A DNA stretch of 61,913 nucleotides, counting the filler, from Streblomastix strix (taxonomy: Eukaryota), in assembly GCA_008636045.1 (NCBI GenBank). It is 4 parts of 4 records of this genome, joined end to end, with 100 filler letters (N's around TTAATTAATTAA, not from the genome) between each part and the next. Parts side by side here need not be neighbours in the genome. Positions count along the whole stretch, not along the records: positions 1 to 15,405 come from SNRW01000990.1; positions 15,506 to 30,909 come from SNRW01000991.1; 2 more parts are not named here. One strand, 5' to 3'. The notes under the pieces were generated by a model. It had not been told where the DNA came from and did not search any database. It worked only from the letters and a program-made list of their open reading frames with translations. Both the position numbers and the translations under genes were made by a program. Position 1 is the stretch's first letter; each line of letters begins with the position of its first letter. Below are positions 11,819-24,809 of this stretch, one piece after another.

Positions 11819-14800
11819 ATGCAAACCGTTACCTTCGAACAATTCGTTTGTGTTTTGTGTGGGGACTCGCGTGTGATACCGGAAGTAGAACGTGCTGTAT
11901 AGAGCGGCATTAAAAAGAGATACAAAATTTTAAGATTACCAGAAGTGCTTTAAGATGTTTGCAACAAATTTTTCTTAACTCTTTTTCTAATATTTTCTTA
12001 AAAACAATAATATTTATATTTCAGTTCACATAATTTGGTACAGCTGAAAGTGAAAAACTCAAATCAATGCTCGAGAAAAAAGAATAAATTCCACGATCTC
12101 TTCTTGCAAGTGCATTTGCTACGAAAATAATCGAAGAAAAAGCATTTGGAATTCTACAAAAATTGCAAGTATTCAAAACATTAATTATTTATTTTCCCAT
12201 TTTAATTATTAACTGCTATAAATAATTATATTTACTCAGGGTGATGGCGATAGACTGTCTGAACTTGCAGGATAAGCAGGTCTTACATTAGAGAGTATTA
12301 AAGACAAAAAAGGAGATAAAAAAGGAATTAAAAGTAAAAAAGATGAAGTTGTGAAATAAGAGAAAATGAAAACAGTTTCCACAAAGGGTAAAGGAGGTAA
12401 AGAAATAACGATTCAATAAGGAATATTAGATTCAGATATAATAGAACAATAATATACAACAGATCCGGATGATTCACCTGATTTCCCAAATTATCCAGAA
12501 TAATTCTTGATTATAAGTTAATTCCCAGAAGATTTAGGACTATTGATTTGTTTATAGAGAGAACTATGTAAGATTGGAAGGCGTATTAATGCACTAGTGA
12601 ATATACGAGCAGTTCCTCTAGTTCCATATTCATTCATTGAATAATATGCATTATCTTCTTCAGCAAAGTTATTCCCAATTCTTCCTCAGATATAAGTATT
12701 GGATTAAGTAACTCATTCAAAAGATGCTAAAAGTGGGAAAAATAAGCAAATTCAATCAGCATCGAGTGATAAAAAAGGATAGAAGAGTGTTTAAAGCAAG
12801 AAAGGAGATAAAGAAGAAGTTATTGAAGAAGAAATGAATAACAGTACACAATTAATGCTAACATAATAAAGTTAAGGATTATTATAATAGAAAGCGATTG
12901 ATATCAAAAGTATTGGATATGGAGCATTAGATGAACTAATGAGAATACCAGAGTAATTGTGTCTATTTGATTAAGTAACACTGACACGTGCATAACTAAT
13001 AGATGGACCATCAAGTGTATTGAAAGATGTTTTCTTATTAGAAGTATTATCTGGATAACCATTCATTCCTTCACTTCATGTTGTTGCATTAGAAGATCGA
13101 GATAAATTGAAATCGAATGAATAATAGTAATAATTATTGTAGATGTAACAATCAGATACTAAATAAGGATTAATATCTGTTTAGAATTAAGTTGTATCAT
13201 CTTTAGATACAAAAGGTGGAAATTAATAAACATCTGATAAAGTTGGAAAGTAATCAAATTAACAATAATCTAATTAATAATAATAATAATCTTCATCAAG
13301 TAAAGAAGGATAATAAAGTAATATAAGCTAATTAACTGGTCTTCCATTGAATGATGCACTATCAGTACTTAGTAATATAGCACCACATATGAAAGCACAC
13401 ATCAAAGATCGAGAAATAGACAAATAATAATCAGTTTCATAAGTTGATTAATTGAAATAATGTTTTGAAGGATCAACATAAAAAGAATTAATGTGTTATC
13501 CACCTCCATCAATATATCATTCAAGTATACCTAATGAATAACCATTTTCAACACTGAATCCTAATTTCCCATCAGACTCAAGCCAAAATTCATTCTCGTA
13601 TACATCAATATCATCAAATGTTACAATAGCAGGATCATCAGAAATAATGAAACAGAGAAAGTTCTTCTAACCATCACTCCCAATACCACATCATAACATA
13701 CTTAATCCACCTTCACTATTATATGTTCCTAAAGATGGAGTAACATTACTTAGGGAGATACATTTAGGACTTGCATAGAAAGCACATCGTATTACACTAT
13801 ATAAAATATGGGTATTACATATTCCTAAAACAATTATGAATCGATATATTCCATATGAACTATATATATCATCTAATTATAATTGGGTTAGATTGCCATA
13901 TAATGATTCTAGAGTAGTATAAAGAGTAGATACATATTTGAATTAATAATAGAAGAAGATTAAGAAAGATAAAGAAGAAGTTGAAAGAAAAGAAAAAGAA
14001 GCATATTTATAAAGAGAAAAAGAATCATAAGAATAAGAAGCGATTAAATAAGCATAAGATGATAAGAAAAAAGGTATTAAAAAATAAGATAAATAAATTG
14101 TTGAACCGAAATCAGCTAAAATTAAAGACAAATAATAATCACCAGGAAAGAAAGGAAATAAAAATGATCCCCATTCACAATTAGATTAAAGTAAAGGAAT
14201 TGGAAAACATTCTAGTAATGATTAATAAAGATTGAAAAGAGAATCAGAATAAAACAATGAAATGGATGAAATGAAGAATGAATAATCATTTGATGATAAT
14301 AAAGATGATGAATAAGAATAAGAATATGAATAAGAATTGAATGATTAATTTGAAGATAATGTGAATGTATCTGAAGAAAGTAAATTAGATGGAAGATTTG
14401 CATTAGATATGAGAAGATATAAAAGAACAATAGATAAACTAATTCTTGTTACAGGTATTGAGATTATAGAAAAACATTATAAGAATTAACATTCATCTTC
14501 ATCTTCTTCTTCTTCCTCATTATCATCATCACCTTCTTCCACTACATCATCATCAACAATCAATTCACTTTCATCAATATCGAATATTCAATCTGAGAAA
14601 CGGAAATAAGCAGTTATTCCAATCATTCCGAAAGCACCAGCACTTGGATACAAACATTGGTTTAATATAAAAGAAGATAATATTTAATATTTGCAAGAAT
14701 TGGAAGAAAAGAAAGAAAAAGATAAGATTAAATAGAAGTTATTTGAAGAGAAATAAAAAGAATGGGAAACAATATAATAATAATAATAAGAAAAGGAAAG

Positions 14801-15405
14801 AATTGAAAAAGAGAAACAATTAGAAAAAGATAAAGAAGAATAACTGAAGAAGGATAAATAATAAGAGAAAGATAAAGACAAATTGAAAGATAAAGATAAA
14901 TAATAAGATAAATAATAAGAGAAAGATAAAGATAAATTGAAAGATAAAGATAAATAATAAGATAAATAATAAGAGAAAGATGATAATAAGAATTCTAAGT
15001 AATTAGATAAGAAAGAAAAGAAAGATGATAAATAATAATAATAACAATTATAATAATAATAATAATAATAATAATAAGATGTTGATAAAGATAAAGAAAA
15101 AGATAAAGATAAAGATTCAGATAATAAAGAAAATAATAATGAAAGATCAAGTGAAGTAAAATAAGAAATAAATACACCGAAATATAACATGAAATCTAAA
15201 TCATAACAAAAGAAGTTCAGTTTAATTCTGAATAGTAAAGAGAATTCGAGATTGAATTCAGTTAATGAATAAGATGACGCACAAACAATAGAAGATGAAA
15301 ATATACTAAATAGACTTGATATCGGATTAAATAGTGGAATTGTTCTTCATTCAATAATTGATCATATTTAATTTGAGATGAGTATGCAGAAATAATTATC
15401 ACTAT
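11819..15405 (+). CDS. SPAG17: Probable SPAG17/PF6 central-pair protein, N-terminal part; truncated by contig end
   Basis: MQTVTFEQFVCVLCGDSRVIPEVERAVQSGIKKRYKILRLPEVLQD / LKSMLEKKEQIPRSLLASAFATKIIEEK / YTTDPDDSPDFPNYPEQFLIISQF / SGIVLHSIIDHI resemble, in order, remembered SPAG17 N-terminal blocks. Two short introns, then a ~3.1-kb exon open only under code 6. Confidence 0.55.
14853..14981 (+). repeat. 54-bp coding tandem repeat (~2.4 copies, DKQQEKDKDKLKDKDKQQ), with poly-TAA (poly-Gln) nearby at ~15035-15078
   Basis: Units at 14853-14906 and 14907-14960, partial third to 14981; in frame with the SPAG17-like CDS. Confidence 0.85.
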
Positions 15406-15505
15406 NNNNNNNNNNNNNNNNNNNNNNNNNNNNNNNNNNNNNNNNNNNNTTAATTAATTAANNNNNNNNNNNNNNNNNNNNNNNNNNNNNNNNNNNNNNN
15501 NNNNN
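15406..15505. other. Artificial contig-join linker
   Basis: N44-TTAATTAATTAA-N44, exactly 100 nt. Confidence 0.98.
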
Positions 15506-16487
15506 ACATTTGTGTTGGACTTGGTTATGTACAAAATGTAAATTTTGAAAAATAAAATATTTTATGATTTTTTCTGTCGTATCAATATAAAATGTAGTAT
15601 ATTTATTGAATATTATCTATATAAAATATTAATGATGAATTATTATAAATTTGAGTGTTTTGGCACTGCGGATGATGTGATACGAGCTCTGCTATATAAT
15701 TTCCAATTCAAGTAACTTTTGAAAAAGAAATTTATTTAATTTTATTTTGACTTTAAAAATTAATTTTATGTTTTTAACTTATGTTTTTATATTTATAATG
15801 AAATTTAATATCTGAATGTAAAGATAACATTTTTTGACAAAAATTCTAATTTCTCGATGAACAGGCAGTATTTTTACATTTTATTAATTTCACGGAAAAT
15901 TTAAAAATAAGAAAATTTCTAAAATTTTCAACGGTTTCATATCTGAACAAATTTTTATTCATTTCACCTTTAATAATTTAAATTTTTATATTCATTTATT
16001 TAAAAAATATTGAAAATATAAAAAATAATAATTAAATGTTTATATTAACTAAAAAATTATTGAAGTTTATTTATAATCAAACTCAATAAAGATTCTATGT
16101 ATTATTTAATACTAATTTAATGTACATTTTAATTAAATTTTCAATTTATGATTAATATTTAAATTTATTCTATGCAGTTACACCAATTGCAAGTTACTAT
16201 AAAATTTATTTGGAACTTGTTGGTTTTACGAAATATATTAAATTTTATATGAATTTATGTATTAGTTAAACTTTTTACTAACATATGACATTTTTACAAT
16301 ATTAAAATCTTTAATAAAACAATTGTTACAAAAAATATATAAATCTAAAATATCTGATTAATTCAATTTTTAAATTTTATTAAATAATTTAATATACAAT
16401 CGAGTTTATTTTCTTATTAATTGTTAATTTATTTGGTCTTATTAAAATTTTCGCTCGATATATGCGTTTAAAAAATATATGTTATAT

Positions 16488-18508
16488 GAGGTCAGCTAAT
16501 TAAGTTCAAGCTCGAGTGCCCTTTTTGTATTTCATTAAAAGAAATATATTAATTGAATTTAAACATTAAAAATTTAATTAGAACATATATTGTTTTTTGC
16601 TCTCCTAATCGAGATCAAAATAGTAAATTTTCAAACAAAAGTTTTTAATTTAATACAACATTTTTTTATAAATTAAATATTTTATTTAAATTAAATTTAA
16701 TAAATTTTAAATATATATTTACTTTTAATTATTTTAATGAACATTCGATGCTATAAATCGCTTTAAATAGAATATTTTGAAATCTTAGATAGTAATCCTT
16801 TTAATTTTTAATTTTTATATCAAAATTTTTAATTATTTTTCAATATTGATTTGTTTTATTTAAAAATTATATCTATTATTTTGGATTAGAACAGAAATTC
16901 TAGGATGAAAAAAATAATGAATATGTTCGACTTTTCAGGATGATTAATAAAGTATTATTACTTTATTTTTTATAAAATGAATTATTATTTATTATTATGT
17001 TAATTTTTTGTATTTTTTTAATTAATTTAATTCGGTAGATCATTTGGTTTTGCCCTCGAATGTATCGACAAGTGGCACGATTCTGTTGCGAAATCACTTG
17101 ACTATTTCAGAATTCTTGGCAGTCTTGATGGAATAATATCATAAGGAGCTATCATAGGCACATATGTAGCTCGCTGCTATTTTTAACTGTTTGAGGAACT
17201 TCTTCAGTGGAGATGCGCTTACAGATGTTTTCGCATTAGGACTTCACCGTCTTGAATGCTATCTTGTTATATTCATAAGAGCAATCACATTCGCTAGGCC
17301 TTTAATTACATTTTTCAAGCAAAACTTCAAGCTGTTCCTAAAACTATTATTAATAAGCGGAAAGTTCAGTCATATAATAAGTGCCTCAATATTAATCATC
17401 ATTGCTATTTCAATTTTATGCTACATGATCGGTATCGGCTTCAAATGTGATCCTGTATAATTAAACCTTGTGACAACACTCAGTGATCTTCTTGATGTGC
17501 ATCTGATCATGGCAATTGGTGGTGCTGACATGTCTATAGACATTTCAATGCAAAAAATCGTACTAAGGATGGAAAACAACAGCATCTGGTCTATTGATTA
17601 GCAATCTCTGACTAATATATTCCAGTTCGCATGTAGGATCATCTGATGGTATACTATCATATATATTATGCTATGTTATGAACAGATTTTATGTATTTGT
17701 TATTCTTGGTAGTTTAGGAGGATATTCTGGAAGTGCTCCAGCAGTTGCAGTTTCTTAGAAAACATGGATTTAATTACAAAGTGACTACGCACCCAGTTGC
17801 AGGTTGACTACCAAAATATAAGAATGTATTGTTGGCTGAATCCCATGTCCCATTTGAAATTGTGCTTGAAATGGACAAGATCATCAAAGATTTCCAAACT
17901 ATTGATGTATTTATTATTCTTGGTATAAATGAAATTGTCAATACAACCACACTTGATAATCCATCTTTTCCAATTGCAGGAATACTTGTTATTGAATGAT
18001 AGAAGAGCATACTGACTTATTATTATCAAGAATTGAAAAGAATTAGATGCATTTTATTAATAATTCTATATTAATTGCTGACATTTCGGTAATAGTTTAA
18101 GTGTTATTTTATTACTATAACAAAACCAATAAAGCAATCAATTAAATAAATAAAAAATTAAGAATTTATTTTATTGAATTTAATGAATTATTAAAGAAAA
18201 CCATTAAACAATGCTAAATTTAAATTGAATGATATTGTTCAAAATAATCATAAATGATTGATATTAATGCTATTTGTATTAAACTTTAATTAAAAAAATT
18301 AACTTTATTAATAATGAATATATTTACTAATGAATAAAAAGAAAAAATTTTTTTTTAAAAAAAATAAATTTTTCTTAGTTTATATAGAATAAATCTATGT
18401 TAGAATAATAAAATTGTGCTATATTTAAATTATAAAGGTAAATTTCTTAAAAAGTTATAAAATGGGCACTTTTACTATAAAAAACCTTGAAAAATATTAG
18501 CTGACCTC
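16488..18508. mobile_element. Non-autonomous TIR element (GAG...CTC termini, 4-bp ATAT TSD; Sola-like) carrying a transhydrogenase gene relic
   Basis: ATAT|GAGGTCAGCTAAT at 16484-16500 and ATTAGCTGACCTC|ATAT at 18496-18512. Inner inverted blocks TTCAAG and AGTGCCC(A)TTTT at both ends. No transposase inside. Confidence 0.65.
17040..18030 (+). pseudogene. pntB: NAD(P) transhydrogenase beta subunit (PntB / NNT domains IIb-III), degenerate with deletions
   Basis: GAIIGTYVAR, LHRLECYLVIFIRAITFARPLITFFK, MAIGGADMSIDISM (~17509-17550), GSSDGILSYIM, HPVAG*LPKYKNVLLAESHVPFEIVLEMDKIIKDFQTIDVFIILGINEIVN...DNPSFPIAGILVIE match PntB motifs (GGADMPVVISM, HPVAGRMPG, GANDTVN, PIAGMPV). TGA at 17805-17807 and frameshifts. 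Confidence 0.9.
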
Positions 18509-19599
18509 ATATATTTAAATATATTTTAATGTGAATTTTATATGGTTTTCCTTCGAATACATCCAATATTACAGTATGAAGCTTGCTGAGGAAAATTATA
18601 AACATTTTTGCATCAATATCGACCTATCAGTCTGCAAAGTTTGAAATACATTGTTTTTTGTGTTTTTAATATATATTATTTACAATATATTACTTAAATT
18701 ATTTAAATTTCAGGTTCATGTTAGCCAGATTTGCATCAAATAATTTTCAGTTATTAAAATTCTTCATTTCACCACAGCAAACATTCAAAACAATGCCAAC
18801 TTTTAATTTTTAAAGTTTTAACTTAAATTATATAATTTTTATCACGAACATACTACATTTATTCCATATTATGTAAATATTATATTTGTCTGAAATTTTA
18901 TGGAGATTAAGACCGTGTTTTCTACAGTAATAATTATTATATATATAAATAAATATTAAATTTTGATAATTTTGATTTTTTTTAAAATATTTTATTTGCA
19001 ATTTTATAAAATGTATTATTTCTAAAGGCGAATTCATACAAGTTAACTCCAGTTATCCTAAATATTAACAATTTATAAAGAAATAGGCCCGATTGTAATG
19101 ATTATATATATTTATTATCAAAATAATAAGAATAATTCATCAATATTATTAACAACGAGCAAAATAGGGAGAATAAGCCAAAATTAATTTCTAAATATAG
19201 TTTCTTAATTTTAATATTATCAATTTTGTTTCAGAATCAATTAATTAAACTAAAAATAGAACAAATACAATTAGATAAGAATAAGTTTGGAAATATGTTT
19301 AAAAATTAATAAAATCCAACAGAAGATAATAATTTATCTGATAAAGAAGATTAACTTTTATTACTAAAAAGCCATGTTTTAATTTGTTTTTTAAAATAAT
19401 ATATATATTTATTAAACAAAAATTTTTCGAAATTTATCTATTTTATTTTATCTTTCAATTTTCTAGTTCCAGTTAAGCGCTATTATAGTGAAATAATAAA
19501 TTATGAAACAGAAGATTAATAAATAAATTTTAAGAAAAATGAAAAGGAAAATTAATAAAATATCAATGAATGAAAGTTAACGACAATAAAGAAGAATAA

Positions 19600-20630
19600 C
19601 AAATGGATTATTTTGAAGAGTTAACTAAAAAATTGTGAATCTCTCCAAAAGAATCAAATCATCGTTTTGACTGAGTTGGTTGAGAAGAATAGTTTTTAGA
19701 TGCAAATAATAAACTAATTTTTCGACATTCTGATATTAATAAAAAAGGAATTAGATGTAAAAATTTGTCAATAATTATCCGACGTTGCTTAAATAAAAGA
19801 TTAGAAATATATTATTACCGATGAAAATCCACCATAGAAACTTTAACTTCGTGATCATATGAGAACATGTTCACATACACATGCAATTGAATAGAATAAA
19901 TTTACAAAAATCTTCACAAATTTATCAAAATGTATAAGAAAGAATAAAAGAAATGATAAAATTATTTGCTGATTAAGTAGAATCAATATATTAGATTGTA
20001 TATAATTTAATAGCTAATCATAATTGTAATTTTCTATAAAAACTAATTGTATCAATTGAGTAATCAAATGAACAGACTGATTTTGATCATATTTACTCTG
20101 AAGCAACATATGATTTCATTAAATACATTTCTGATAATATATCTGAAGAGATTCAAATGAAGTTTGAAAATGTAGAATACTTTGCGCTTTATATTGATAA
20201 ATGCACTGAAAATTTTTACTTAATTAATTTGCTTCTTTCATAACATTCATTGATAAAGACAATAAACTGAAAACTGCATTTCTTGATATACGTCCATTTT
20301 CGAGCAAAGGGGCAACAGCAGAAAATCTTTTATCAATATTCAATGAAATGTGTTATGATCATGGTTTGGATCTTAAAAATCGCATATGTATTTGTGTGGA
20401 TGAAGCATCAAATATGATTGATTGTAGATAATCAATGACTTAAATGATTCGTCAATAATTTTCATTCGTAATTAGTGTTCATTGCTGTGCTTATAGGCTG
20501 TCTCACATCACTTGATTCAATTCACCTATCTGAATTTTGACAATTATGAAGTGTAGAAGCAAATATACAAAACCTTCAACACATTTATGTTGCACCGCCA
20601 TTGCATGCTGCAATATTAGAAGATATATAC
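19600..20630 (+). pseudogene. hAT-superfamily transposase (ZNF862/ZMYM-like), N-terminal half, degenerate
   Basis: LRDHMRTCSHTHA; YFALYIDKCTEN; KTAFLDIRPFSSKGATAENLLSIFNEMCYDHGLDLKNRICICVDEASNMIDCRQSMTQMIRQQFSFVISVHCCAYRL (DGASNM and HCxxHRL equivalents); ends at PLHAAILEDI. Confidence 0.8.
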
Positions 20631-21045
20631 ATATGATGTTAGATTTTGATTATAAAAAATTAATTTAATAAATATTATAAATCATTTTATGTAAATAAAT
20701 TTATAGATTTCGAATTGATTGATAAGATAAATTTTTTAAACTTTTCCAAAAAAATATAAATTGAAAAAAAAATCAAAGTTATTAATCCAATTTTTAAGAA
20801 TTTTACAAATACTAGTTAATTAATTATTAATTTATGCAATTTTAGTAAATATCAAACACTTAGTGTTTTAATTAAATTTTAAAAAATTTGCTATAAATAA
20901 TTTGAAATTTTCAATAAATTCTACACTATCATTAATTTTATACAAAATAATATATATATTAATGTTTATTCTATAAAAATTTTTGTATAAAATTTAAATT
21001 AAATGTTCAATAATATTTAAATTATAGTATTTTATTTTTGTCAGA

Positions 21046-23922
21046 AATGCTGCTCATTGAAAGAATATTGTCTGTAATTTAAAAGTTACTAATATTTATG
21101 AATTTTACATCACTATAACTATCCTATCAAAAACGATTTATGTCTTTTTTCATCTCAATCACGAAAAAATTCACACAGAATTAAATTGGAGAATATACAA
21201 TTTTCTTCCTGAATAATTCAGTAGAGTGAAAGAAAATTAAATAACAGATATTAACAGACGAAAATATAAATAAATAATAATATCTTAATCGTGCAGCATC
21301 ATATTACAATTAAATTGGAAGAAAATATAAGAAACAATTTTTATTACTTATCGCAAATTTGGAATCAAGTACTACAAACTTAAGAAAAAGAGGGTTTTTA
21401 ATAAATTTTCATTCTATTTGAGATGCAAAAAGAGTGCAAAAACAATTCAATTAATTCAACAAGAAACAAAAATTCACATTAAATAATTATCAATCTATAA
21501 TGACATTTATTGAGCCTTATTGTGAATAATCTAATATTATTAGATTTAATAGAAAACATAAATTTTATAAAGTAATAAAAAATTAAATTAAAATATAAAA
21601 GCCAACAAAATAGATTCATAAACAAATTGGAAAAAAACAAAAATTTGAAAAATTAGTTAAGAAAGAAGATCAGAAACTTAATTAATTTCCTGAATTATTG
21701 AACATTTATTATTCATAATAAATTTAATAAGAAAATGATTGTTAACTAAAAAATTTTCAAGTAATAATTGATGAATAGTAAGAATAAATGGCAGTTAATA
21801 ATAGTAATCTTCAACAGGAATAATTAAAAATTAATTTTGATGATAATGAACTTTCAATAAACTTTGAATAAAATTAATAATTGAAAGAAAAAGATATTTA
21901 AGTGGATTATAACATTAATGAAAATGTAATAAACAATTATAAATTAAATTAAATAAAATATATTAATGATAAAAAATAAATTAATAAATAGAAAATAAAT
22001 AATAGAATATCAAATTTAAAATCTAACTTTGACTAATAATAAGTTTAATAAATATAAATAAAAGCCAATTTAGTAAAAAATAACAATTTTATCTAATCAA
22101 ATAATGAAAAATTTCATAATAATATAATAATAAATTAACATAATAATATTTAAATAAATAAAAAATTATTATGAAATGATTAATTAAATAATTCATTTCC
22201 ATTTCAATTTCAATAAAATTTATAATAAATTTCAAATAAATAAAATTCATCTAAATGTACTAATCCATTGAGTACACCAAATATTAAGTAGAATGAAAGC
22301 GATTTAAATATTAACCAATTTTAATCTTCATCAAGTTAATAATAAATCTAATCTTTAATTCAAAATCCATTATTTTCTCCGAATGAAATGAATTAAAATT
22401 CATTTTAATAAATAAAATAAAATCATTAATTAGTTTAAAATCTAACTTTTTCTGAGAATATTGAAATTGATATTGAGAGAATTAATGGTATTGAAGTAAT
22501 TAATTTAGTTGATAGTGATAATTCTGAGAATTGTCTTTTTGAATATCATAGTGATAGTGAGAATGTGAATGACAGCAATATTGAAAGTGAGGATAAGGAT
22601 TAAAATGATAGTACTTTTGAGGAAAACTATAAAAAAATAAATAAAAAATAAAAATAAAATAAAAATAATGTGTAAAAATAAATATAAAACAGTATTCCTT
22701 TCTTTACAGAGATAACAAACAATAATACAATGTTTTAAACAACTTAAAAAATTACTCATATTAAAAGAAAATACAAAAGAAACTTGGAAAATTATGAAAA
22801 TTTTAACATTTTAACTACACCATACACGAGAAGAGAATTATATTAAATATATAAGTAAGAACATTAAAATTAATCAATATCATTTACTCTATTTAAATTA
22901 TTTTAAGATATAGAGTAAAACTAACTAAAAGGCAAATTGATAAATGCTAAATTTGTTAATAAATGAAATAATAAATTAATAACGATAAAGAAATACAAGA
23001 TTAAAGTGAATTAGATTAGTATTTCTGTAATTTATGACATAAAGAGGATAATTTCACATAAAAAAGAAAATATTAAGATTTACTAAATAATTTGAATCAA
23101 AGTGAATGTATATTAATAACTGATTTTTCTGAAAATATTAGATTAAAATTAAAAGGACAATAAATATCAAATGACTTTTATTAATATATATCAATTTCTA
23201 TTCTTGGATTTATCCTAGTGTATAAATAAGATAATGAATTAAAATAATAAATTTATACATATATATCTTCTAATTTAAATAAAGATGCAATATTCATATA
23301 TGATTGTAAGAGAGATATAACAAATAATAAATATATACTATTTTCAAATATCCACATATTCAGTGACATCGGAACTCCTTTCCGTTCAGGAATTTTTTAA
23401 TACTTAATTTTATCTCCAAAATCTCCTATCGCAACTAATCTTCAGTACACTTTATCCTTCTTCGTTCGTGGACACTCCAAATCTAAATGTGACCAGTGGT
23501 TCGGAGTTCTGAAAAGAAAAATTAAAAGTGAAAGTTTAAAGAAAGACATTAATAGTTTGAATGACTTTGAAAGTATACTGAAAGATTGGACTTCACTCGC
23601 AAATAACACAAATCTACATTTCACATATTATGAAAGATCAGAAGGTCAAAGAGAAATTAATGCATATGTAATAAAGAAATAAATGAAATATTTGAGTTTA
23701 AGACAATAATATGGAGAAATTATAGTTGGGCAGTATTTTGAAAATGAAATAGATAAGTACTTTTAAATTTATTGTGATCCAAACACAGAAGCTTATGAAA
23801 TTTTCGTACCTGCTAAGATATCACCAATAATTACCGTTCAAAAAGATGGATCAAGAATGGGTAAAAGAGTGGCATATGCCTTGCATGAAAGATATTATAT
23901 TGCCAATCCATAAATGAAATGA
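21046..23922 (+). pseudogene. DDD transposase, Sola2-like, with long Asn/Gln-rich N-terminal region; partly degenerate
   Basis: Core ~23040-23922 is open under code 6: ILITDFSENI (D at 23122), IHIFSDIGTPFRS (~23362), FFVRGHSKSKCDQWFGVLKR (~23461-23520). This matches the DF(A/S)EN...SD...HGKxxxD pattern I associate with Sola2. In-frame TGA at 23035-23037 and further lesions upstream; 5' limit uncertain. Confidence 0.7.
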
Positions 23923-24809
23923 GTATCTTCAGAATTGTTCATTTTTTATAAAAAATTAATAAAAATAAATCAATTTTTATTTTTTTTTAATTTAATATTT
24001 TAATTTTTACTAAAAATATTTTTATATTATGATAAAATATGAAAATTTAAGAAGTTTATTGGAACAATAAATTAAATAAAAGAATGCATAGGTATCAAAT
24101 GCATATATAAAAAATGTATATAAAAAAATGTATTTAAAAACATGTATTATATCATTTCAGAATAATTATTTGGCGAAAAAAATAGAAAATAAGAAATAAT
24201 AAAAATATTTAAAATTGAACAGACATATCAAATAAATAAATTAAATCCGAAAAAAATATTTTTATAAGAAATTTTTATTATTAAGTAAATATATACATAA
24301 TATAAAGTAAAATTAATTATCAATCAAGAGAAAATTATAATTTTGAGATTTGATATTTATTCATCATGTTTTGTAGCTATCAAAAAATAATAACAGCTTA
24401 ATCTATAAAAATATGATTTTATATAAATAATAGATGAATTTAAATTAATGGAATATATTATTGTTGTCCAACATTTGCAAAATTAAAAAAATTGTATTCT
24501 CTAAGATTCAGGAACATTTATGAATTAAAATTAAGATAAATGTATATATTTTAAACATTCAAAGTAATATCTTGACTAAATAAAAAATAAAAGTAAATGA
24601 ATATTTAGAAAAATCATGTTAAAAATTCTTGTGGACTAATAAAATCAATCGCAATAGGTCATATAATTCAAAGTTTGCTACATTTTAAGATCTATATTGA
24701 AACAAAGCAAAAAAATTAAAATGTTAATTGTTATATGAGATCTTAGCAAAGTTCTAAACAAGAATAGATATGAAATTATTTTTGTAGTATTTATAATACT
24801 ACAATTCTT

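Noticed and set aside
13943..15190. Minus-strand poly-Tyr/Ser/Leu hydrophobic ORFs in the ORF track
   Set aside because: Antisense shadows of the TAA/GAA/AAA-rich plus-strand exon. Most track ORFs are similar artefacts of using the standard code.
15506..15720. Two exon-like scraps (ICVGLGYVQN; VFGTADDVIRALLYNFPIQ)
   Set aside because: At a contig edge and too short to identify.
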